Source: Verrucomicrobiota bacterium (GTDB taxonomy: Bacteria > Verrucomicrobiota > Verrucomicrobiia > Verrucomicrobiales > DEV007). From it: a stretch of DNA of 24,670 bases. The stretch lies in contig JASFYY010000016.1 in NCBI GenBank assembly GCA_045046875.1, forward strand, positions 1 through 24,670. Direction: 5' to 3'. A program made the position numbers and the translations under genes. This document shows positions 7,786-14,278 of this stretch, in pieces. Every line of letters starts with the position of its first letter. Within the stretch, counting starts at the first letter, position 1. A model generated the notes under the pieces. That model saw only the letters and a program-made list of their open reading frames with translations, made no database searches and was not told where the DNA came from.

Positions 7786-7813
7786 GGGGGGATTTAGGGG
7801 AGGCGGTAGGTGT

Positions 7814-7846
7814 TTAGGCTATAGGCTATAGGCTATAGGCTGTAGG
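7814..7846 (+). repeat. Heptamer tandem repeat (ATAGGCT)x~4.5
   Basis: TAGGCT at 7815, 7822, 7829 and 7836. Confidence 0.9.
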
Positions 7847-7868
7847 AAGAGAAGATGGGAGGGGGAGG

Positions 7869-7906
7869 GAATGTGGAATGTTGAGCAAGGAATGTTGAAT
7901 TTTGAA
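7869..7906 (+). repeat. Heptamer repeat (GAATGTG GAATGTT GAGCAAG GAATGTT GAATTTT)
   Basis: 7-bp period; shares the GAGCAAG-GAATG order with 1223-1257. Confidence 0.8.
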
Positions 7907-7944
7907 GGAGAGAGGGATTTAGCAAGGGAGGGGTTGTGGGGAAA

Positions 7945-7979
7945 ATAATGGACAATGGAAAGTGGATAAGGGACAATGA
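7945..7979 (+). repeat. Heptamer repeat (ATAATGG ACAATGG AAAGTGG ATAAGGG ACAATGA) over the translation initiation region of the next gene
   Basis: Five 7-bp units ending 4 bp before ATG 7984. Confidence 0.75.
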
Positions 7980-7983
7980 AAAT

Positions 7984-10470
7984 ATGAAATATCTGCCCCC
8001 TAGGATTTCGGTTGTTTGTTGTTGTTTTATTCTGTGTGTGAATGGAGTGAGGCTGCAAGCTCAAAATGAGGTGCCGATGGTCTCTGAGGTGGAGGGGCAG
8101 CCTTTGGCGGCTAATGTCAGTCGCTTGCTCACGGCTTTGGAATATTTGGGTAAACCTTTGCCTATGGAGGTGGCGAAGGCTGCTCGACAGGCTGCGGTTG
8201 AGAGGGATGCGGCAAAGTTGCAGCAGGTTTTGGATCGGCAGGTGTTGTTTGTGGTGGAGCTGAATCCGGAGGTGCGGGTGAAGGTTCGCCGAGGTCCGGC
8301 AAAAGCGGGGTTGCAGCAGGGGGGCTTCACACCCTGTCTGGTGAAAGTGATCAACAGCAGCACGGTGGCCGGGCAATTGCAGGTGGTATCACCGCAGGCG
8401 GGTGCGGTGTATGCGGGAGCGGCGATTTCCATTTTGAAGCGCATGGCGCAAACGGAATTGAATGATAATGAAAACAAGCAGGGGGTGAGTGATCGTTTTC
8501 TCGCAGTGGAGATGTTCCGTTCTCCGCCGATGACCGAAGGCTTGAGTGGGCTGGCAGTGGAGTATGCGATTGCGCTGATCTATAGCAGTGAAGCGGGAAA
8601 ACGTGAGGCAACGATTGGTTTTGATGTGGGGGCGGGCACTCAGGATTTGGGGTTTCGGGGGCAGGTGCCGGTTTTGTTTGATATCAAACCAGCGTCGGTG
8701 GTCAAACTGGCGATCAAAGATGAGAATGGGCAACCAAGCACGGCACGCTTGGTTTTTCGTGATCCGCAGGGGCATGTTTATCCTTCGCAGGTGAAGCGGC
8801 TCGCGCCGGATTTGTTTTTTCAGCCGCAGATATACCGCCATCATGGAGAGTCGGTGTTGTTGCCTCCGGGCAAGTTGAGTGTCGAGTATAACCGTGGTCC
8901 GGAGTATGAGTTGCTGCAGAAAGATATTGTGGTGAGTGCCGCCCAGCCAATGGATTTGGAGCTTTCCCTGAAGCGTTGGGTGGATCCGATGAAATACGGA
9001 TTTTATTGCGGGGATCATCATATCCACGCGGCGGGTTGCGCGCATTACACCAGTCCGTCCGAGGGGGTGACGCCAAAGGATATTTTTCTGCAGGTGAAGG
9101 GGGAGGGACTGAATGTGGGCTGCATTTTGACCTGGGGTTATGGTTGGGAGTATCAACGGTCGTTTTTTTCTCCGCAGGCTGACAAGCTGAGCGAGCCGTT
9201 GACTTTGATAAAGTATGACCTCGAGATCAGCGGTTTTGGATCGGCTGCTTTGGGGCATGTGTGTTTGCTGAATCTGAAGGATCAGGTTTATCCTGGCACG
9301 CAAGGTAACATGAAAGGTTGGCCGAGCTGGACGGTGCCGGTATTACGTTGGTGCAAGGATCAGGGAGGGGTTACCGGTTATCCGCATTCGTCGTTGCGCA
9401 TCAATGCGGGGACTTCGGCACAAGAGACAATGTTGGCTTATGATGCGGATGGAGATGAACTGCTCAGTGAAATGGAGGTGGCGGGCAAGGTATTGCCTGC
9501 GGATTTTAACAAAATCGATAGCGACCGAAGCCAGTCGCTTTCTGAGCGGGAGCTTTTGTTCTCGACTAACGAGGCACTTGATCAATTGCCCAATCTGGCT
9601 ATTCCGGCAATGATGGGAGGCGGAGCCTTGGAGATTTTTGTCAGCGTGCCGGAAGGGGTTTGTGATTTCATCTCGGCGATGGATACGGATCGTATAGGAG
9701 AGTGGAACACTTGGTATCACTTGTTGAACAGTGGTTTTCCTTTGAAGGTCAGCGGAGAGACTGATTACCCTTGCATGAGCAGTCGGCGGGTGGGGCAGGG
9801 TCGGGTTTATGTGCAGATGGGGGAGATCAAGGAATTGAAATACGAGGATTGGATACGCGGGGTGGAGAAGGGGCAGTCTTATGTGTCCGATGGTTACGCG
9901 CATGCTTTGAAGTTCAGTGTGAATGGCGAAGTGCCGGGTCAATCCGATCTGCAGCTGGACCAAGCGGCGGAGGTTGAAGTGGCGGCGACCGTGGCTTTTG
10001 CGCCGGAATTGCCCAAGGCGGTGGCTTATGGGCAGATCACTCCGGCTGCGGGTCGCCGTATTGTAGGGGATACGGTGCACTTGCATGCTGAGCGCACTTT
10101 GGAGACGGTGAAGGGGGGCAAGCGTTTGGTGGAAATTGTGGTGAATGGCCGGGCGGTGGCCAGTCGGTATGTGCCGGCGGATGGCAAGGCGCATGATTTG
10201 AAATTCAAAGTGAAGGTGGATCGCAGCAGTTGGATTGCTTTGCGTCATTTTCCTCAACTGCATACTAATCCGGTGAATGTGATGGTCGCGGGCAAGCCCA
10301 TCCGGGCTTCGCGCCGCAGCATTCTGTATTGTGCGGAAGCGGTGAAACGTTTGTGGAAAAACCGCAGCAAAAGGATTTCAAAAGAGGAGAGGGCGGAGGC
10401 GGAAAAAACTTATCAGCGGGCGATTGAAACTTATGAAAAACGTGCGGCGCAGGCGCCTGAGGAATCGTGA
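7984..10470 (+). CDS. Secreted CehA/McbA-like (PHP-type) metallohydrolase with an inserted EF-hand pair
   Basis: Signal peptide from MKYLPPR; GDHHIHAAGCAHY metal motif, ALGHVCLL, GYPHS, WYHLLNSGFPLKVSGETDYPC, GQGRVYV, YVSDG, C-terminal HTNPV. Confidence 0.8.
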   Translation: MKYLPPRISVVCCCFILCVNGVRLQAQNEVPMVSEVEGQPLAANVSRLLTALEYLGKPLPMEVAKAARQAAVERDAAKLQQVLDRQVLFVVELNPEVRVKVRRGPAKAGLQQGGFTPCLVKVINSSTVAGQLQVVSPQAGAVYAGAAISILKRMAQTELNDNENKQGVSDRFLAVEMFRSPPMTEGLSGLAVEYAIALIYSSEAGKREATIGFDVGAGTQDLGFRGQVPVLFDIKPASVVKLAIKDENGQPSTARLVFRDPQGHVYPSQVKRLAPDLFFQPQIYRHHGESVLLPPGKLSVEYNRGPEYELLQKDIVVSAAQPMDLELSLKRWVDPMKYGFYCGDHHIHAAGCAHYTSPSEGVTPKDIFLQVKGEGLNVGCILTWGYGWEYQRSFFSPQADKLSEPLTLIKYDLEISGFGSAALGHVCLLNLKDQVYPGTQGNMKGWPSWTVPVLRWCKDQGGVTGYPHSSLRINAGTSAQETMLAYDADGDELLSEMEVAGKVLPADFNKIDSDRSQSLSERELLFSTNEALDQLPNLAIPAMMGGGALEIFVSVPEGVCDFISAMDTDRIGEWNTWYHLLNSGFPLKVSGETDYPCMSSRRVGQGRVYVQMGEIKELKYEDWIRGVEKGQSYVSDGYAHALKFSVNGEVPGQSDLQLDQAAEVEVAATVAFAPELPKAVAYGQITPAAGRRIVGDTVHLHAERTLETVKGGKRLVEIVVNGRAVASRYVPADGKAHDLKFKVKVDRSSWIALRHFPQLHTNPVNVMVAGKPIRASRRSILYCAEAVKRLWKNRSKRISKEERAEAEKTYQRAIETYEKRAAQAPEES

Positions 10471-10542
10471 AGGGGTAGAGAATGTGGGAAATATTGAATA
10501 TTTGTGTGTGGAGATAAGTCAAAAAAGAACAAAGGAAATAAT

Positions 10543-11172
10543 ATGATAAAATATGGAATGATCGTTGTGGCCATGTGTCTTTTCGCAGGGTCGGTGGTGG
10601 CGGAAGACAGTGAGCGAGTGCGCGAGCTTGAAGCCAAGGTGAAGGCTTTGGAGAAAAAGATTGATCGACTTGAATCCTCTACCGCACCGGCAGTGGCCAG
10701 GATGGGGCGGGAGCAGGTGGTGGAAAAACAAAAACAGAGAGCGAGGGCACGCATGCGAAAGGATGCGGCAATCTATTCACGCGATGAGTTGCATGAGATT
10801 GAGGATCTGTATCAAGTGGCCAATAAAAAATGGCAAAGCAAGGAGGGCAAGGAGAGCTTGTTGTTATTGATTGATAAGTTCGACGAAGCGAACCGCGTCG
10901 GCTGCGCGCTTACATACCTCGCGCAGATGAGTCGGGGTGATGATCGAGAGGAGTATCTTGAGGAGGCCATTGACGATTATGGCGATTGTTATTATGGCAA
11001 CGGCGTGCAAGTGGGAGCTTATGCGCGGTTTTTACTCGCGCATCATTACAATGAAACCGGTGAAGAGGATGATGCCGAGGAATTGCTTGAAGAGATTTTA
11101 GAGGATTATCCCGATTCGATTAACCACAATGGGGAGTTGCTGGTGGATTTGATCAAGTCGACTCGAAAGTGA
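10543..11172 (+). CDS. Secreted hypothetical protein with coiled coil and TPR-like acidic helical domain
   Basis: Shine-Dalgarno AAAGGA at 10531; signal peptide ending VVA-E; heptad VRELEAKVKALEKKIDRLE; TPR-like AEELLEEILEDYPDS. Confidence 0.75.
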   Translation: MIKYGMIVVAMCLFAGSVVAEDSERVRELEAKVKALEKKIDRLESSTAPAVARMGREQVVEKQKQRARARMRKDAAIYSRDELHEIEDLYQVANKKWQSKEGKESLLLLIDKFDEANRVGCALTYLAQMSRGDDREEYLEEAIDDYGDCYYGNGVQVGAYARFLLAHHYNETGEEDDAEELLEEILEDYPDSINHNGELLVDLIKSTRK

Positions 11173-11200
11173 GCCTAGCTCTCCGGAAGTGCCCTGTGCT

Positions 11201-12412
11201 TCAAATCCGTAAAAATACTTTTTTACGGTAGAGCAGGTAGAGCAGTAACCATTTGACCGCGAGGGCGGCGGTGACCATGAGCACAGGGGCGAAGCTGGCG
11301 GCAAAAGAGTCGGCAAAACCTTTGAATACCGCATTTGCGGTGTAAGAGAAGTCGATGAATTTCGGAGCCATGTAAATGAGGATGGGATTGAGTCCGATGA
11401 CGGTGAAAAAAATGGCCCATTTTTTAAACCCCAGCACATCGATGATGAAGTAAAATACGGACAGGAAAATCAAGCTCCAGCCGCCGACATATACGACAAA
11501 AGAACTGCTCCAGAGGTTTTTATTGATAGGAAAAAAGGGATCCCAGAATTTACCTAACCAGAGCAAGGCGGTTCCTGCCAGCGCCAGGCACACGGCTTTC
11601 ATCCAGGGCTGCAAACGACGGCTTTCAGGAGAGAGGAAAATCCCGGTCAAAGCGCCCAACAGCGCGGTGGCTACAGCGGGGATGGTGGCCAGCAGTCCTT
11701 CGGGATCATGCACTCCTTTGTAGAGACGGCCGGGAATGAGATGGCTGTCAACGTAACCCACCAGGCTGCCTTCCATGGTAAGTATTCCGGCACCCTGTCC
11801 GGGAACCGGAATCCATTTAAGCATCGCCCAGTAGGCGAGCAGTAGACCGACAAAAGAAAGCGCTTGGCCGATCATTTTGGTATTGAGGACTATCAGACCT
11901 GCAAACATGTAGGCTAATCCGATTCTGCCCAAAACGCTGGGGAATCTCATTTCAGCGAAGGTGGTCTGGAAGAGTCCGTTGTTATACACAATGCCTAGCA
12001 AGACGAGTATGAGTCCGCGTTGGATGACATGGCGGGTGAGTTTGATTTTTTCCTCTCCTCGCTGCAGGCGTTTGGTCAGGGAAAAAGGCATGGCGACGCC
12101 GGCGACGAACAGGAACAGCGGAAAGATCATGTCATAGAACGTGAATCCGTCCCATTCCACATGATGGAGCTGATCGTTGATGGCATGGAGGAAGCCCCAG
12201 TCAAAGTAGGCTGTCAGCGCATGGATGAGACTTGCCCCTCCCATGATCCAGAACATATCAAAACCACGTAAAGCATCGAGCGAATGCAGACGAGTGGTTT
12301 TTTTAACCGCAGCGATGTTTTGCAGTTCGGTGATCGGAGGATCGGTGACCGCAGGGAAAGGGGTGCCGGTATCGTAGTCTTTCGACGTTTTGGGAGATGG
12401 GGGCAAAGGCAT
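11201..12412 (-). CDS. HGSNAT/NagX-like (DUF5009) membrane acetyltransferase family protein
   Basis: RLHSLDALRGFDMFWIMG, HVEWDGFTFYDMIFPLFLF, VLGRIG, DPEGLLATIP, PINKNLWSSS. Confidence 0.9.
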   Translation of the reverse strand: MPLPPSPKTSKDYDTGTPFPAVTDPPITELQNIAAVKKTTRLHSLDALRGFDMFWIMGGASLIHALTAYFDWGFLHAINDQLHHVEWDGFTFYDMIFPLFLFVAGVAMPFSLTKRLQRGEEKIKLTRHVIQRGLILVLLGIVYNNGLFQTTFAEMRFPSVLGRIGLAYMFAGLIVLNTKMIGQALSFVGLLLAYWAMLKWIPVPGQGAGILTMEGSLVGYVDSHLIPGRLYKGVHDPEGLLATIPAVATALLGALTGIFLSPESRRLQPWMKAVCLALAGTALLWLGKFWDPFFPINKNLWSSSFVVYVGGWSLIFLSVFYFIIDVLGFKKWAIFFTVIGLNPILIYMAPKFIDFSYTANAVFKGFADSFAASFAPVLMVTAALAVKWLLLYLLYRKKVFLRI

Positions 12413-12445
12413 ATCCAGGCAGGGGCTAAGAGTAGCAGTTGAAGG

Positions 12446-13747
12446 TTACATGGTCGGTTGAATCGAGTAGAGACCTTTGGTCGAGCAATAAGCTTCTTCG
12501 ATGCCCCAGTGTTTTTTCTCATGCCCGGCGCCCCAAGTGTCGGAAAAAATGACTTCTTTTTTGGCCGTATTGTAACCGATGATCATGCGCATGTGGCCGC
12601 CCCGGCTTTGGCTGATACGGACAGGTTCTTTGTAAATGCCTACAGTCACGGTCCACAGAAGGGGGATGCCCGCATCGATAGAGCGGTTGATTTCGGCTTC
12701 GAACTTTTTGATGCCGCTGCTGCTTTTTAAGCGGGTGGTTCTGAGTATTTCGGGGTCAAAATAATCAAAATTATACCAGTTGTTTGCATTGCCACCTGCG
12801 GGGACTCTTTTTGCATTGGCCCTTTTGGCGATGCGGTTGTAGTCTTCGCTGAGGTCAATCATGTCCTGATAGTCCATCGCATCGTGGGTTTTGATACGCA
12901 TTTTAAAGCGACCTGCGATGCTTTTGAGCGCATCGATCATGCCGCTGGTGCTGGTTCCTCCACTGGCAGTTGAATTGGCGATTTGGGCGATCTCGTGCTG
13001 GTCAACCTGCAGTTTGTAATAACCGAACATACGTGCGGTGGCAGCCACCACACAGTAGCCTTTTTGACCTTGGTCGACCATGGGGATGCCTTTGATATAC
13101 ACGTCGCCATCTTCGCGTACGACGTTGTTGGGAAGGTCGCCTTTTTTCATTCGTTTAACTGGCCCGGACAGTTGTTCTTCCATGAAACTTTTTTTAACGA
13201 TGGGAGCCATGCGCAAGCGAATGAATTCGCCGCGAAAAGCTGCACCTCTTTCTTTTTTGCTGCTGTATTCCAAGAGGTAGGCGAAGTTGTCATTGTTCCA
13301 AACGACTCCCTTGGTTTTGACTGCGCTTTTGTTGTCGCGGGCTTTTTTCTCTGGTTTGGCGCTGCTGATGCTGCTGAGGATGCGGTTCCATTTTTGCAAT
13401 TCCCCATTAAACTCAATCTCGCGCAGGTAGGCGTCGTCGCCCCGGTTGAAAATAGATACCTGCACTTGTTTGGGCACTCCATCGGCAAACGTGATAATGG
13501 TTTCGCCGACGGTAGCATCTTTAACAGATAGCTTTTCTCCACCGCCTGATACGCGAGCTGACTCTTTGGTGTCTGAGGTCCAACGGAAGCCGAGTCGGCC
13601 ATAACGATCCATGAAAGCATCCTGGGAGAGTTTCCAGAATTCAGGTTTGCTGAGGATTTCTTCCAGTGAGGCTGATTTGTCCTGTGCCTTTACAGCTAAG
13701 GGGAAGCAAGCGAGAGCGAAAAATAACAGCAGGGTATTCGTTTTCAT
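12446..13747 (-). CDS. Secreted protein with C-terminal C39-like (papain-fold) cysteine peptidase domain
   Basis: Start moved to MKTNTLLLFF (signal peptide, CAT at 13745-13747). IPMVDQGQKGYC (Gln/Cys), GGHMRMIIGY (His), FSDTWG (Asp). Confidence 0.82.
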   Translation of the reverse strand: MKTNTLLLFFALACFPLAVKAQDKSASLEEILSKPEFWKLSQDAFMDRYGRLGFRWTSDTKESARVSGGGEKLSVKDATVGETIITFADGVPKQVQVSIFNRGDDAYLREIEFNGELQKWNRILSSISSAKPEKKARDNKSAVKTKGVVWNNDNFAYLLEYSSKKERGAAFRGEFIRLRMAPIVKKSFMEEQLSGPVKRMKKGDLPNNVVREDGDVYIKGIPMVDQGQKGYCVVAATARMFGYYKLQVDQHEIAQIANSTASGGTSTSGMIDALKSIAGRFKMRIKTHDAMDYQDMIDLSEDYNRIAKRANAKRVPAGGNANNWYNFDYFDPEILRTTRLKSSSGIKKFEAEINRSIDAGIPLLWTVTVGIYKEPVRISQSRGGHMRMIIGYNTAKKEVIFSDTWGAGHEKKHWGIEEAYCSTKGLYSIQPTM

Positions 13748-13786
13748 AAAAAAGCGGGTTGTGAGCTTGTGGCCGTAGGCTTGGTA

Positions 13787-13815
13787 AACATAACGACCGT
13801 CGTCCTTAACGGCAA
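13787..13815 (-). promoter_or_regulatory. Candidate sigma70 promoter TTGCCG-N17-TATGTT for the C39-like gene
   Basis: -35 at 13815-13810 and -10 at 13792-13787 on the minus strand, 39 bp upstream of ATG 13747. Confidence 0.5.
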
Positions 13816-13842
13816 GCCTCTTTTCACGAATAGCTGTCGCAG

Positions 13843-14124
13843 GGGGGTAAAAATAGTTAAGCGGTTGACCGTTATGCATTTCGCCCTTGCAGGACTGGTA
13901 GAATTGGATTTTTTACCCAGCGCTTCGCACTGGGTTATCACATTTTGTCCTTACAGGACAGTTTGCTTTCATCTCTATTGCACCAACGGTGCTCAATGAT
14001 GTAGCCCAGTGCGAAGCGCTGGGGTTAAATCGGTTTTATTGCCAGCCCTAAAAGGGCGGAATGATATTGATGGGGGATAAGGTGGCTTTCAGTAGCCAAT
14101 GGCCAACTTTTTTGTTTTGCACCC
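13843..14124. mobile_element. MITE copy 1 (282 bp) with 9-bp target site duplication CTGTCGCAG
   Basis: CTGTCGCAG at 13834-13842 and 14125-14133; ends GGGGGTAAAAATAGTT...AACTTTTTTGTTTTGCACCC; homologous to 24457-24670; no transposase ORF. Confidence 0.85.
13873..14065. repeat. Inverted doublet of tripartite REP-like units inside the MITE
   Basis: Unit A: GCCCTTGCAGGAC / CCCAGCGCTTCGCACTGGG / GTCCTTACAGGAC. Unit B (inverted): GCACCAACGGTGC / CCCAGTGCGAAGCGCTGGG / GCCCTAAAAGGGC. The 19-bp cores at 13916 and 14005 are exact reverse complements. Confidence 0.85.
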
Positions 14125-14169
14125 CTGTCGCAGGCACCGTTTCACAAACTATGCGGCAAAATTTTATAT

Positions 14170-14252
14170 AACCACTGATTTCACTGATAATCACTGATGG
14201 GGAAGTAGAATTGAAGCAAAAAAGTAATATAATTCAGCGATTATCGGTGGTT
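14170..14252. repeat. CACTGAT x3 array plus an inverted degenerate partner (hairpin just downstream of the RND stop)
   Basis: CACTGAT at 14173, 14182 and 14192; TCAGCGATTATCGGTGGTT at 14234-14252 is complementary to it. Confidence 0.7.
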
Positions 14253-14278
14253 TGATTTAGGAAATGAGCAGGAGATTC

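Noticed and set aside
1108..7979. CRISPR array
   Set aside because: Repeats are 7-14-bp tandem units without unique spacers; no cas genes.
8389..10263. Two long antisense ORFs (304 and 306 aa)
   Set aside because: They lie wholly opposite the motif-bearing metallohydrolase and have the His/Arg/Gln-rich composition of shadow frames.
13744..13999. Small ORFs and the 44-aa N-terminal extension of the C39-like ORF overlapping the MITE
   Set aside because: No transposase motifs; they cross the element boundary; the signal peptide begins at 13747.
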